Source: Gammaproteobacteria bacterium
GTDB taxonomy: Bacteria > Pseudomonadota > Gammaproteobacteria > JABCZS01
Direction: 5' to 3'
DNA: 64,000 bases
Assembly: GCA_021773275.1 (NCBI GenBank)
Contig: JAJFKJ010000030.1
Location: 36,552 to 100,551 of the forward strand
Both the position numbers and the translations under genes were made by a program. Shown in pieces: positions 47,042 to 57,732 of this stretch. Positions within the stretch are counted from its first letter, which is position 1. Each line of letters begins with the position of its first letter. The notes below the pieces were generated by a model. That model was not told where the DNA came from, did not search any database, and saw only the letters and a program-made list of their open reading frames with translations.

Positions 47042-49633
47042 TTATTTTCGACGATCTCGTATATTTTTAACCCATGTCTCTAGCGCTTGAATATCAGCCT
47101 TAAGGGCATCAGGTTCCGGCATTTCCGCTCTTGCTGCGGGTGCTCTATCATGTCCTGGCAACCATTTTGAGCACTTTGTCATAGCATTATCTAACTTATT
47201 GCAGTCGTCGTCAGTGATGTCTGCAATCTGTTTAATCTGCTGCGTCTGAATTTCGAGTCGGTATCTTTCTACTACGCCGCCTAAAAGGACTTCTTCAAGT
47301 GCTCTTTCCCAAGCTTCTCGAAGCAAACCGTAAATATGCTCGGCTTCCTTCTCGTAAGCTGACTGCTTGCCATCACGATGTAATTTCTCAGCGAGCTGAT
47401 GTTGATTTTTCAGGAAGCCGATCCTCTTTTTTACCGGTAACGCTATCCATGGCAACTCTTCATCACAAACACCCGCGCCTTTAGAAGTCTTCTTTATATG
47501 CTGATCCAATTGAGCGACATTTTGCTTTTTAGAGGATTGTTTCAGGAGGAGCAAAAATACGACATCATGCGTGAAGACGATAACTTGTCTTTTCTGTGCC
47601 TCCTGAACAAGGCGTTTTGCAATGTGTTCGCGCCACTTATAATCAAGTGATGAAACAGGATCATCAAATACGATACCTGAAGGATCATCGGCAGTGCTAA
47701 GTTCTGCAAAAAATGCTGCTATGGATAAGCACCTTTGCTCACCTTCGCTGACTATACATGGCAATTCCACGCCAGGTGCCCGCGTCAAAACAAGCTTATG
47801 ATAAGGGGTGCCTTCCGCACCGCCTGCTTCATTTAATTCCACTTCAAAGTGGCGAAAGGATAGTTTCTCGAGTTCATCACTAAAACTTTTCTTGAGCTTA
47901 CTGGTAACGGCTGCTTTTGTAACGGACGTGCTCTTTTGTGTGATAGATTTCGTCTTAGTATCATTGAGGCATAGCTCATACGCAGCCACTTTTTTTTTCC
48001 GCTCAATCTCATTGAGGACGAGCTGTTCATGCTCTGCTAGTACTTTTCGGGCGCGCAACCCTTGTGCTTCCAGCGTCATTCCCTTCCGCTTTTCATTTTT
48101 GGCACTGTTACTCAAAGTCTCTAGTCGTTCCTCAAGCTGCGCAGCCACCGCCTCAATTTGGGCTGAAACCGAGATCAATTCAGGGCAACCTGAAGAAATA
48201 TCATGATTTTCTGATAAAGCATTAACGACTTTTTGGCGGCGGCTTTCACTTTTGTCCAGGAAAATAGAAACAACATCCGCGATAGCTTCATCCTCGATAT
48301 GGATTTCCTTGATCGTCTCCACCACCACCTCATTTCTTGTCTGAAACTCATCGAACCCTTTCTTTAATCTGCTGTATTTTTCGCGCAACTCCCGAAGCTC
48401 ATGCTCAGTCGTAGATGAAATAAACTTCTGGAATTGATTAAGTCGATTGGCAGCTGCATGATCTATGTCTTGCTGACACAATACACATTGCGCGCCATCT
48501 TTTACAAATGGGAATTCCTGCTCCTGATAGGCAGACTTCTCAGAGAATTTCTGCGCAGCCTCCCATAGTTGCACCCAAATTTCTGAGCCTGTGCCTTCGA
48601 GCACGCTATCAGGAAATGTCGCTTCCCGAAGCCGTTTGGCATCTTCAGCTTTGCGGCGAACATCGTCCCTCGCATTAAATACGGCAGAGACAGCATCATC
48701 TGACAAGGTAGTCTCTACAGATTGAAGGTGCTTAACAAGAGTTCGAATGCGCCCTGCACGGAGCCTCATTTGGCGAGACAGCTTTTCTGGATCGTTGGCT
48801 TGCAAGTCCAGCATGGATTTTTCCAGTAAAGTAAGACGTGATTCTTCTTCCGGTGATAGCCGTGAAAGTGATAGCACACTCTCTGGTTTTGTCAGCGAGG
48901 TAATGCCTGCCAATAATTGCGCAACAGCAGTTCCTTCCGGTACTTGGTTTTGTAGTGTGTAGAGATCACTTGTGCTAAGGGCAAGCTTTTCATTTTCCAA
49001 GAGCGAACGAACAACCCTGCATGCCTTTACCAGCTTGTTGAAGAGATCAAGGCCGAAAGGCCGAAATGCAATATCGGTTTTTTCTGTCAAATAAACAGCG
49101 GCAGCTCGAGCATCAAATACATTCACATGAGAAATGGAGTCTTCTTCTTCTCCAGCCCATTCATGCAGTTTTGTTTCATCTCCTATTTTATATTTAATTG
49201 AAACGCTTGGAGTGTAAGGTGTACTACCAGATACAACATTTCCCAGTATTTTTTCTTCACCTCTAGTCCGACAGGCGCTCTTCAGAATTCTGGTATATCC
49301 AGTTTTGCCTGCTGCATTATCCCCGTAGACAATTGTAAGATTGTGAGAAAATTTTAAAGTCTGATTTTCTGCTAGAGCATTGACCCCGCGATGATGAATA
49401 ATTGAGTCGAGAGTAATCTTAGTTGATGTCGTATCGGTTGTGGGTATATGATCCTTGGTAAGAGGCCGAGTTTCCTGCTGTTCACTGAGTCCATGAGCGC
49501 TTTTGCAAATCTTCCCTAATTCATCAAAATCTTCTTCGGAAAGCCGATCATTAATAACCAAACGACGTAAAGCGTCTTGCTGCCAAGGCGGGCGACCTTG
49601 CGACCATTCAAGTATTTCTTTCAGGACAAACAC
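47042..49633 (-). CDS. Rad50/RloC-like ABC ATPase with zinc hook and C-terminal HEPN-like domain; candidate defence protein
   Basis: YGDNAAGKT, coiled coil with CVLCQQ, SEGE signature, FDDPVSSLD, IVFTHD, LREAWE...KCSKWLPGHD. Confidence 0.75.
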   Translation of the reverse strand: MFVLKEILEWSQGRPPWQQDALRRLVINDRLSEEDFDELGKICKSAHGLSEQQETRPLTKDHIPTTDTTSTKITLDSIIHHRGVNALAENQTLKFSHNLTIVYGDNAAGKTGYTRILKSACRTRGEEKILGNVVSGSTPYTPSVSIKYKIGDETKLHEWAGEEEDSISHVNVFDARAAAVYLTEKTDIAFRPFGLDLFNKLVKACRVVRSLLENEKLALSTSDLYTLQNQVPEGTAVAQLLAGITSLTKPESVLSLSRLSPEEESRLTLLEKSMLDLQANDPEKLSRQMRLRAGRIRTLVKHLQSVETTLSDDAVSAVFNARDDVRRKAEDAKRLREATFPDSVLEGTGSEIWVQLWEAAQKFSEKSAYQEQEFPFVKDGAQCVLCQQDIDHAAANRLNQFQKFISSTTEHELRELREKYSRLKKGFDEFQTRNEVVVETIKEIHIEDEAIADVVSIFLDKSESRRQKVVNALSENHDISSGCPELISVSAQIEAVAAQLEERLETLSNSAKNEKRKGMTLEAQGLRARKVLAEHEQLVLNEIERKKKVAAYELCLNDTKTKSITQKSTSVTKAAVTSKLKKSFSDELEKLSFRHFEVELNEAGGAEGTPYHKLVLTRAPGVELPCIVSEGEQRCLSIAAFFAELSTADDPSGIVFDDPVSSLDYKWREHIAKRLVQEAQKRQVIVFTHDVVFLLLLKQSSKKQNVAQLDQHIKKTSKGAGVCDEELPWIALPVKKRIGFLKNQHQLAEKLHRDGKQSAYEKEAEHIYGLLREAWERALEEVLLGGVVERYRLEIQTQQIKQIADITDDDCNKLDNAMTKCSKWLPGHDRAPAARAEMPEPDALKADIQALETWVKNIRDRRK

Positions 49634-49722
49634 TATTCTATTGCCCCCTGTGTTGAGTTACGCACAGTTGTCTGTAGTCATTTTGCCTCTTAGAGGCCGT
49701 TATTAAGCACGGAGTCACTAGG

Positions 49723-49900
49723 GTAAATATTACCGCACTAAGCATTGATATTGCAAAGAATATTTTTGAATTACGCGGAGTTGGGGGCTTGAGCGGTACA
49801 ACTTAATAGAAACGAGTGGCTCGGGGCAAACTATACGGCTATATCATAAAAGTTGGTGTCCTGTCTAATTGGAATGGAGGTCTGTTGAGGTTCGTATTTT
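49723..49900 (+). pseudogene. IS110-family transposase remnant
   Basis: Hand translation gives LSIDIAKNIFELRGV...CLIGMEVC*GSYF, the IS110 N-terminus with stops and frameshift. Confidence 0.7.
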
Positions 49901-50044
49901 GTAGAAGGGGTTGGGTTCATCGGGTTTTTGTTGACAGTAAATTACACTAAAATCAAACAAATAACCATTAGGACTGACTTTAGACTCTCGCATTTAAGGC
50001 TCAGCTACGCGCCGATGGGTGGCATGGTGTAATTTTTCGATATT

Positions 50045-53000
50045 TTAACGTGACAGCTCGATACTGCGCTTTAAATCATTATCAATTAATTTATTGAGCT
50101 TTCCTTTCGCAGACTCATGTTCAGGTTTTAAAACAATCTCTCTATCAAGATTATCCCGCACTTCGCCATTAAAATCTTTTTGCTCAAACGCCATACTGCT
50201 ATTGGCAAGTTTCTCAAATTCATTTTTCGCTGACTCAAGATCTTTGAGCTTTAGCAGGTCATTAAAATCTGTTTTTTTGCTATTAATGAGTTCTGGCAAA
50301 ATAAGATTTGCGTTCCAATGCTTTTCTGTCAGTTTATTTAGCATGTTAAGCAGTGGTTTTTGTTTTTCTTCGCCATTAATCACAAGCTTGTCGTTGTCAC
50401 CACAGACAATGATGTCTGGTGGGGCTAGCTCAAGTGGTACGTTTGCCATATTACTGAGGCTACAACTGATATGAACTTTGGCATTTGGGTTCATGGCAAG
50501 CACACTTAAACCTGTTTCAGGCCCTTCTGCGATGTGGGGGATGCCGTAAGGGTTACCTATTTGAATACTAGCTCCGCGCATTGGGCCAATGGTTTGTTTC
50601 GAGAGTTCTTTCTTATTGTCGCCTTTTCCTATTATAGCTACTGTCTTGTTGGACGTTTTAGCATCCAGGTAAACTAACTGAACGGCTTGTATGTTCTTGT
50701 TTTTATCACGAAGCGGCATGAGCAGGGCGTGATGGCCGTTGTGAACGATGTGGCGAATATCACGCGGATGTTCTTTTATGATGTGTTGAGGAATGTGTCT
50801 ATGTTGCACCAAGTACTTCTCAGCTGGCGTGTTAGTCGCGGGCTGTGATTTACTGTAGAGTGATTGCGCAAAGCGGATGCTTTTAGCCCTGCCGATTTTT
50901 TCTTGCTGTATTGCCTTTTCACGTCTTAAATTCAATGCTGTCATACGCTCATCTTCTTTTTGTAGCTCGGCACGTTGCGTTTGTTTTTCTGCAACCTCTC
51001 TATCAGTGAGCTTGTAATAATCCTCTATGGGATTACCCATCATTTTTTCGGTAGCATATTTTAGAGCCTGATTTCTTGAAATATCATATTTGGTTTCAAT
51101 CAGCGCTACAAAATCAAACTGAATGCCGCCAAAAAGGCAATCACCGCGTTTTATCCCATCCTTATCATTTGTCATAACGACTATCCCGCGTTTTGGGTCA
51201 TCACTTCCAAAAATCAGCGCGTCTTTAGTCTCAAGCTTTGCTTCACCAAAGATGGTCGTGGCATGACGTTCAATCTTCTCGTTCAAATGGCTCAAAAGTT
51301 TGCCTTCATCAATGGCGCGAGATGGTCCGTTTCGCAGGATTTGCTCATTATTGGCCTGTTTATCAAGCGCCTTATAGTTAATATGCCCGTGATGTGATTT
51401 TTCAGTGAGCCTTAGATATGCATCTTTATCTTGGGTGAAGATGCGCAGGTATTCTTTTACCCGTGTTGCCCCCACATAATTAGCCGAGTGATCGAGCATA
51501 TGCCGATTTTCATTATCTGCTAGCATCAGAACGCATCTCGCATCCAGGCTTTGCGCGTTGTAGTAAGTTCTGGCATAAGCTAGGCCCATATGGGCGTGCT
51601 GCATATGGTTTCGCTGAAAGCTCACAACTTCACCTTTTCCAAAGTCAACACTAAAGTGGGTATCGTTAAAGCTTTTCACGATGCCTTGTTTTGATGTGTT
51701 CAGCGCAATATCGGACGTGTGCCTGATGTTATTGGTCAGCATCACTTTCTCACCCATCGCAAAAGATTGCTCTTTAGCTTCAAAATACTCAAGGGTATTA
51801 TGACGGTGGAAAATACGCTGATTGGGGTCTATTTCGATAATCTGCTCACGTTTCAGCTCGCCATCTTTGTTGATTTGACATTCTGCCAATGTCAGGGTGT
51901 TTTTGTGTGCATCTATGCCCACCACCTGCCAATACGATTGGGCGGTAATGCCATGGCTTTTAATTTCTTTATTAAATCGAATGATGTTATCTTCTTTGTA
52001 GTAGGCTGCATAGTAACGCTGCTCACTGCCTAAATCAGCATTTTGCAGCATCACTTGGTTAAAGCGCTCCCCTCCCTGAATACACAGTCGCTCATTAATT
52101 GCTTGACGCTCAGCGTTGGTAAGCGTAAGCACCAAGCAATCATCTTTTAGAAATTGTGGCAACTTGTGGTAAATGTCGCATAGGGTATCCATCAAGCTTT
52201 TGTTTTCATCGCTGTGGCGCAGATATGGCGTGAGGCTTGTTGCTTGCTGGCCTGGTTCAAGGCGGGTTAGCTCAGTAATAGCCTTATGCAACTCGGGTCT
52301 TTTTATTTTGCACTGGCGCAATATTTCTTTGAGCTTGCCCACCTGCACGCCTTCTTCTTGTTGTAAGTGCAAAAAGGGCTGTGCAGAGCGGGGCGAGTCA
52401 AGCTGCTGCGCATCACCTGCAAATATCATGCGAGCCGAAAATCGATTCGCAATAAAGGTTAAATCCAGCATGTCTTTGTAGGAGAGCATGGATGATTCAT
52501 CCACTAGAATCACGCTTTTTTCTTTTACAAGCAGGTCATCAAGTTTGTAAGACTTATCAAGCTGCAAGAATTTTTGAATAGTCATTGTATCTATACCTGC
52601 TTTTCTAGCTAGCTCATCTTTTTGACTATGCTGGGGTGCAATGCCGATGACTTTACATTTTTGAGCCTGAAAGAGGCTTGCTACATGTTTTAAAACCAAC
52701 GATGTTTTAGCACTGCCTGCTGGACCTTGTAGTAACGCTAGTCCTCGCTCACCCGAAACCAAATCTATGATGGCTTGGGTAGGGTCTTTGCCAAGCTTAA
52801 TCCCATTTTTTTTGAGATACTCTTTGACGCCAGAATCAGTGAGAGTAGGTGGCATGGGCCTCGCACTTGGTTCATCCTCTTTTTTTGGACCTGCTTCATC
52901 TGCTAAACCTTTAAACGCATCAATTAGTGCGTCACGGTTTTGCGTGACCCAGTTCGCGGTAAAGTATTTTCCATCTTTAACAAGCTCGCCTGATTCAAGT

Positions 53001-55816
53001 AATTGCTTAAAGCCTTGACGCATGTTGTGTGCATCGACCTCGCTGACGCAGAGCGATAAAGCATCACGGGTAATGTCGCCTTGAGTCAGTTTGGTTTTAC
53101 CATCAGCGGTTAGTTGGTGTAACGATTGCTTCAAGGCCGTGGTGGCAAGGTTAAGCTTAAGTTCACGATTAGGTAAATGCATTTTTGTAAGCTTATCAAA
53201 GGTTGCCTTGTCTTGCGTGTTTGCTTGCGATGTAAGGGTAGGCTCAAATTCAGTTTTGATGGATTCTAAGGCTCGCAGCACGCCTTGTGGGCTATCGGTA
53301 TAAAGCGTGACATTTTTGTCAATTAAAGCTGGCATCCCTTTGAGTACATTGATAGCGTGCATGGCCCTGCAATCAAGTTTTACATTTTCAATGTCTTTAG
53401 CTTGTCTCGCAGGGTGCTGACAATAGCCATGGTCAGCATAAATAGGACGGCTGCCCTCATGCTTATCTTTTAAGTGCAGCACAAAAGACTTGTCTTGGCC
53501 TGTTAGCTTTAAAGTAATCGCATGTTCGTCCATACTAACCACGCGACCATTTTTGCCCTGATACTGCTTGCCGTAGATATCAAAGCTCGCTAAAATTAAC
53601 CTGTCACCCGCACTGACTTTTATCGAACGTTCGTTAAATAGAGCGAGGTCTTTAAAGTGGGTGACATTATCAAGGTCGAGTTTATGCACTGAATGTTGTT
53701 TGCTATGGCTCAATAAAAGCGTATTACCCTCAATGCCTGTTACTTTGAAATGGTCGCTGGCTTTAATTTTGGCATCATCTTGGTCTTTTTCATGAATACC
53801 AATTAGACCAAGATTATTCAGCCGTATCATGTCGCTCACTTTATACGTGCTAACACGGCTTAACTCAGTACCACTTACATAACGATGTACATAATTTGTA
53901 ATTGGCATTCCATCGGAAAGTTTGCCATCTTTGACCAGTTGCTCACGCACAAGCTTATTTACGGTATCTGCCTGATAGGATAGAAGCAGGGTGTTATCTT
54001 TGTTGGAGTATTGCTTGGCAAACTGTTCAATAAAGTTGCCATCGCCCAGGCTTTGCATCCTTGGCACGTAGCTTGGAGCTAGGCGATTATCTAGTCCAAC
54101 TTCAAAACTTGCGCGTGGCACATGCGGCGCAATCTGCTCAATAGGTGAGAGCCGCCTATCAATCACATGGACATCTTTATCGTTGGCCCAAATAATTTTT
54201 GAACCGCTTTGATTTGCAGCACTCACAATGTCGCGCATTTGATGATTCAGCAGCTTCTCTGCACCATGCACGACAAATACACTGCCAGGCTTAATAAAGG
54301 CTTTCGCGATATAGTTTAACCCCCAAGTCTTAAGCCCTGCTTGCTCACAAATTTTTCTATCAATGCTGGATGCAGTGATGTGAAAGATTTTAATGCCCAG
54401 GGTGTTTGCAAAGCCAGTGGCACGCGATATAAAAACTTTATCTGCTTTTGGGCAAAGGTTATCTACAATCATCTGGCTAGCGCTTGAGGCTGTTGCAAAA
54501 TCAATAATATATTTGTAGACATGACTGTCTTCAAGGTTTTTCATCTCCTTGGTAATAACCCACTTAGCTGCGGCATAGCTAATAATGCCAAAGTCCAAGT
54601 TAAAGCCGCGCTTTTGTGCGTTAACTTGAAGAGCATGACCAATCACAGCATTCTGCGCCGACATATAATATTCTTGGCGCTTACTTGCCTCATGCGCATT
54701 TAAGCGTACATCGCGAATCAATCCTGACACCTTGACCTCAAGAAAGGCTGCCTCAATATGCTTAGGCAGCACTTTCTTGCCAACGGCAAGGTTGGTGGCT
54801 TTGTGGATAATTTCGCGCTGCGCGTACATGCGCTTGCCTTCATCAAGATTCATAACAGCGGCTTGTACCGCTTCAAACGCAATGCTGCCGGTATGCCGCA
54901 TCCGAAAGCCTGGCCCGGTTCTAAATTGCTCAAAACCCTTACCCAAATCAAAGCCTAAGCTTTGTGCAAGTAGTGCTACCTCGGCTCGCCATTTGACTTG
55001 TTGAATATCAAGGGGTGAGGCTTCCTTGTTCTTGCGAGTTGTCAGATTGACTCTATCCATAGTTTTTGCGTCAAACTGACCTGCCTCAAATGCCTTTTCC
55101 ATCATTTGCTCACGGCGTTTAGAGAAAAGTTTAATGATTTCTTTAGGTACGCCATTAATCTCGAAGGTGCCTTTCTCGCACGTTATTTCAACTTCATAGC
55201 CCAGCTTTTGCAATTCAATGGCAAGAAAAGATCGGTAAATGACGCCCGCCAGCATGGATGCATCATAAACGGCGTCATAATGAAGGCAGCGAAACTTTTC
55301 ATCCAGTTTTTGGCAAAGATTAAGCAATACGCAATGAGTATGAATTTGCGGGTCAAGCTCACGCGATAACATCTCAAGGAATTTTGCGAAAGCTACCCTG
55401 TCGGCGGGCGCAGGCTCACCCTTGACACGGGTTTGCAGAATATTTTTTTCAATGTATGTGAGTGCTTGCACCACAGCGCGGTTATGTGCCTCAACAATCT
55501 GCTTATCGCCGTAAATAAGTGCTAGAATTGAAGCAGACTTAGGCGCAGAAAAGGTCAAATCAATGCCGGGGCGGTGATTGATGTTGTCACCTTCTCTGCG
55601 CCCAAGTACTTCGCCATTGGGCAGCTTGCCCTCTAAAAGACTTTTAAAGTCTTCCATGGTTGGTTTTTTGTTGGCATAGAGCTTACCCAAAACCTTGCCT
55701 TGCCACTCAATATTTACTTTAAACTCACCGCCATTACCACCAGCATAGTAATCAAGCACGCCTTGGTAGTAGCCGACGGCGTCTTTGGCACTACTGAGAT
55801 TTTTAAGTGATAGCAT
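50045..55816 (-). CDS. traI: TraI: MOBF relaxase-helicase with C-terminal Toprim domain
   Basis: YY..DYY, RPGIDLTFSAPKS, SRELDPQIHTH; helicase QGPAGSAKT, LVDESSM, GDAQQL; Toprim AEGPETGLS, CGDND, DFND. Confidence 0.93.
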   Translation of the reverse strand: MLSLKNLSSAKDAVGYYQGVLDYYAGGNGGEFKVNIEWQGKVLGKLYANKKPTMEDFKSLLEGKLPNGEVLGRREGDNINHRPGIDLTFSAPKSASILALIYGDKQIVEAHNRAVVQALTYIEKNILQTRVKGEPAPADRVAFAKFLEMLSRELDPQIHTHCVLLNLCQKLDEKFRCLHYDAVYDASMLAGVIYRSFLAIELQKLGYEVEITCEKGTFEINGVPKEIIKLFSKRREQMMEKAFEAGQFDAKTMDRVNLTTRKNKEASPLDIQQVKWRAEVALLAQSLGFDLGKGFEQFRTGPGFRMRHTGSIAFEAVQAAVMNLDEGKRMYAQREIIHKATNLAVGKKVLPKHIEAAFLEVKVSGLIRDVRLNAHEASKRQEYYMSAQNAVIGHALQVNAQKRGFNLDFGIISYAAAKWVITKEMKNLEDSHVYKYIIDFATASSASQMIVDNLCPKADKVFISRATGFANTLGIKIFHITASSIDRKICEQAGLKTWGLNYIAKAFIKPGSVFVVHGAEKLLNHQMRDIVSAANQSGSKIIWANDKDVHVIDRRLSPIEQIAPHVPRASFEVGLDNRLAPSYVPRMQSLGDGNFIEQFAKQYSNKDNTLLLSYQADTVNKLVREQLVKDGKLSDGMPITNYVHRYVSGTELSRVSTYKVSDMIRLNNLGLIGIHEKDQDDAKIKASDHFKVTGIEGNTLLLSHSKQHSVHKLDLDNVTHFKDLALFNERSIKVSAGDRLILASFDIYGKQYQGKNGRVVSMDEHAITLKLTGQDKSFVLHLKDKHEGSRPIYADHGYCQHPARQAKDIENVKLDCRAMHAINVLKGMPALIDKNVTLYTDSPQGVLRALESIKTEFEPTLTSQANTQDKATFDKLTKMHLPNRELKLNLATTALKQSLHQLTADGKTKLTQGDITRDALSLCVSEVDAHNMRQGFKQLLESGELVKDGKYFTANWVTQNRDALIDAFKGLADEAGPKKEDEPSARPMPPTLTDSGVKEYLKKNGIKLGKDPTQAIIDLVSGERGLALLQGPAGSAKTSLVLKHVASLFQAQKCKVIGIAPQHSQKDELARKAGIDTMTIQKFLQLDKSYKLDDLLVKEKSVILVDESSMLSYKDMLDLTFIANRFSARMIFAGDAQQLDSPRSAQPFLHLQQEEGVQVGKLKEILRQCKIKRPELHKAITELTRLEPGQQATSLTPYLRHSDENKSLMDTLCDIYHKLPQFLKDDCLVLTLTNAERQAINERLCIQGGERFNQVMLQNADLGSEQRYYAAYYKEDNIIRFNKEIKSHGITAQSYWQVVGIDAHKNTLTLAECQINKDGELKREQIIEIDPNQRIFHRHNTLEYFEAKEQSFAMGEKVMLTNNIRHTSDIALNTSKQGIVKSFNDTHFSVDFGKGEVVSFQRNHMQHAHMGLAYARTYYNAQSLDARCVLMLADNENRHMLDHSANYVGATRVKEYLRIFTQDKDAYLRLTEKSHHGHINYKALDKQANNEQILRNGPSRAIDEGKLLSHLNEKIERHATTIFGEAKLETKDALIFGSDDPKRGIVVMTNDKDGIKRGDCLFGGIQFDFVALIETKYDISRNQALKYATEKMMGNPIEDYYKLTDREVAEKQTQRAELQKEDERMTALNLRREKAIQQEKIGRAKSIRFAQSLYSKSQPATNTPAEKYLVQHRHIPQHIIKEHPRDIRHIVHNGHHALLMPLRDKNKNIQAVQLVYLDAKTSNKTVAIIGKGDNKKELSKQTIGPMRGASIQIGNPYGIPHIAEGPETGLSVLAMNPNAKVHISCSLSNMANVPLELAPPDIIVCGDNDKLVINGEEKQKPLLNMLNKLTEKHWNANLILPELINSKKTDFNDLLKLKDLESAKNEFEKLANSSMAFEQKDFNGEVRDNLDREIVLKPEHESAKGKLNKLIDNDLKRSIELSR

Positions 55817-57732
55817 TAGTGCCCCTGCTCGTTATTTGACTCTAGTGGCGCGATACGTGGCGCGGTTTTTTTCCGGTTGTTCTTGGCTGGCTTATTATTT
55901 TGCTTGTTGGTATCTTCCCCATGCATTTGTTGTGCGTCGCTCTCACCCTCAATGTTATTTTTGGACGGTTCGGGTTCGCATTTAGGTGTTTGTTTCATGG
56001 CAATAGGAATAGGTAGCATTTTTGCTATAAAACCATCAGCTATCTTGGGCAGTGTGCAAATAGGTACTTTAATTTTGGCAACAGGGTGCTCACCCGATAA
56101 TCGCAGAAATGCTTGTCGAGCGTGTAAGCCTGTAACTTCATTAGGCATCACTAAATCAATGACCCTGCGTTGCTGACTTAGGCTTACGCCATCACGGATG
56201 GTGTTAGCACCCAGAGATGTGCTCTCAACTCGCTCAATCACCTCTTGCTGGCCTAAATCGCGTGATGCAAATTGCGCTGAATCGGCGTCATTACAAGCAA
56301 AATATACGCGCGTTCCATACATGGCCGATAAGGCTTGTGCGCTAGCAATGCCAGATAATGCTACTGCTTGCGCGGTGGTTTGATAACCTGATATAACTTG
56401 AATACCACGTTTCCCCCCTCTGGCGCGTACTTCTTGCAAGGAACGAGAAGGATTAAGGCTCGCTTCTTCGTCAATCACAATCGCAATCTTTCGGCTGGGG
56501 TCTTCATCCAGTGTCAACATCTCATTAGCGACCACATCCAGGATAACGGAGAGCAATGGCTTAAAGGTTTCGTGCATGTCTTCGCGGGATGTAATAAATA
56601 GCCAAGCATCATTTTTATCGTGCACCCAGTTGCGAATAGAGAACCCACCCTGTGTATCTTCCAGCAATTCTAAACAGCGAAGATAAGCTGCCAGGGTGGA
56701 TTTAACACTTAACGCTAGCTTTTCGGCATCACGACTGACCAATGATTCTGCGATTGTGCCTTTTAAGGCGTCCTCGAGAACCTTTAAGTCAGCGGTGGTG
56801 AGAAGCGAAAGTAAACGCTTGATGCCTGGCTTATTCCTGGCTTCCCCCTGGTATTCAGCCCGCTCTCGCAATACTACTTTGGCAGTTTCCAAGAATAAGA
56901 CTCGGGCAGCTTGGTTCCAAAATGGGTCAGCCCCATTTTTAGGCTCAGGAACCAAGCTTGCTGCCATGTATTCAAGTTGCGACTCATTGCGGGCATCATT
57001 CCAAAAATCCCAAGGCTTGGCGCGTTTATCCATGGGGTTGATAATGGTATCGTGCGCATTACTCGCCCCGCGATAAAAGTATTTTAATGCGCTGCACTCA
57101 GGGTCAATCACAATCACCTTGTAACCTTCTTCGCGAAAACCTGTTAGCAGCTCTAAAATACCCTGGGTCTTACCGCTACCCGTGGCTCCCACTAGCAAGA
57201 TATGTTTACGTCTTTTTTCTTTAACAAGCGGTACGCCGCCAATGGTGATGCGCGATGCTTTAAGTTGGAGCTGCAAGCGCCGTTTAAGGGCGGCAGGGGA
57301 TACCAGCTTTGCGCCCCGCATAAACTTCCGTTTAGAGTGCATGTAGCCTTTCAGGGCGAGCAGGCAGCCCAAAAACAAATAGCCTGCCAGAATCCACCAA
57401 AGCAGCCGTCTTGATTGAATGATGTAAGCGTGCCTGACTTTCGTGACAACAGTATTCACTTCACGGGTGGCCAAAAATTCACCTGCGGTCACCGTATAAT
57501 TCTTGCCGTTGCTCCACTCAACAACCATCTCAGCATTATCACTCGAGAAGGATTTTGTGAGCCAGTATTGCCAAGCAAGTTTTCGCTCAAAATTACTCGT
57601 CTTATGTAAAAATAAAGCAGCCAGCAGCACTGCATAAGCCAGCACTGAAAACACGGTGAGCTTGATGACCACTTGTATCCACATCAGAACCTGATGGACA
57701 ATTATCTGGCCGCCACGAGTAAAGTAACGCAT
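55816..57732 (-). CDS. traD: Type IV coupling protein TraD
   Basis: FTRGGQ, two TMs, HILLVGATGSGKT, DPFW, FSIRNWV, IDE. Confidence 0.95.
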   Translation of the reverse strand: MRYFTRGGQIIVHQVLMWIQVVIKLTVFSVLAYAVLLAALFLHKTSNFERKLAWQYWLTKSFSSDNAEMVVEWSNGKNYTVTAGEFLATREVNTVVTKVRHAYIIQSRRLLWWILAGYLFLGCLLALKGYMHSKRKFMRGAKLVSPAALKRRLQLQLKASRITIGGVPLVKEKRRKHILLVGATGSGKTQGILELLTGFREEGYKVIVIDPECSALKYFYRGASNAHDTIINPMDKRAKPWDFWNDARNESQLEYMAASLVPEPKNGADPFWNQAARVLFLETAKVVLRERAEYQGEARNKPGIKRLLSLLTTADLKVLEDALKGTIAESLVSRDAEKLALSVKSTLAAYLRCLELLEDTQGGFSIRNWVHDKNDAWLFITSREDMHETFKPLLSVILDVVANEMLTLDEDPSRKIAIVIDEEASLNPSRSLQEVRARGGKRGIQVISGYQTTAQAVALSGIASAQALSAMYGTRVYFACNDADSAQFASRDLGQQEVIERVESTSLGANTIRDGVSLSQQRRVIDLVMPNEVTGLHARQAFLRLSGEHPVAKIKVPICTLPKIADGFIAKMLPIPIAMKQTPKCEPEPSKNNIEGESDAQQMHGEDTNKQNNKPAKNNRKKTAPRIAPLESNNEQGH

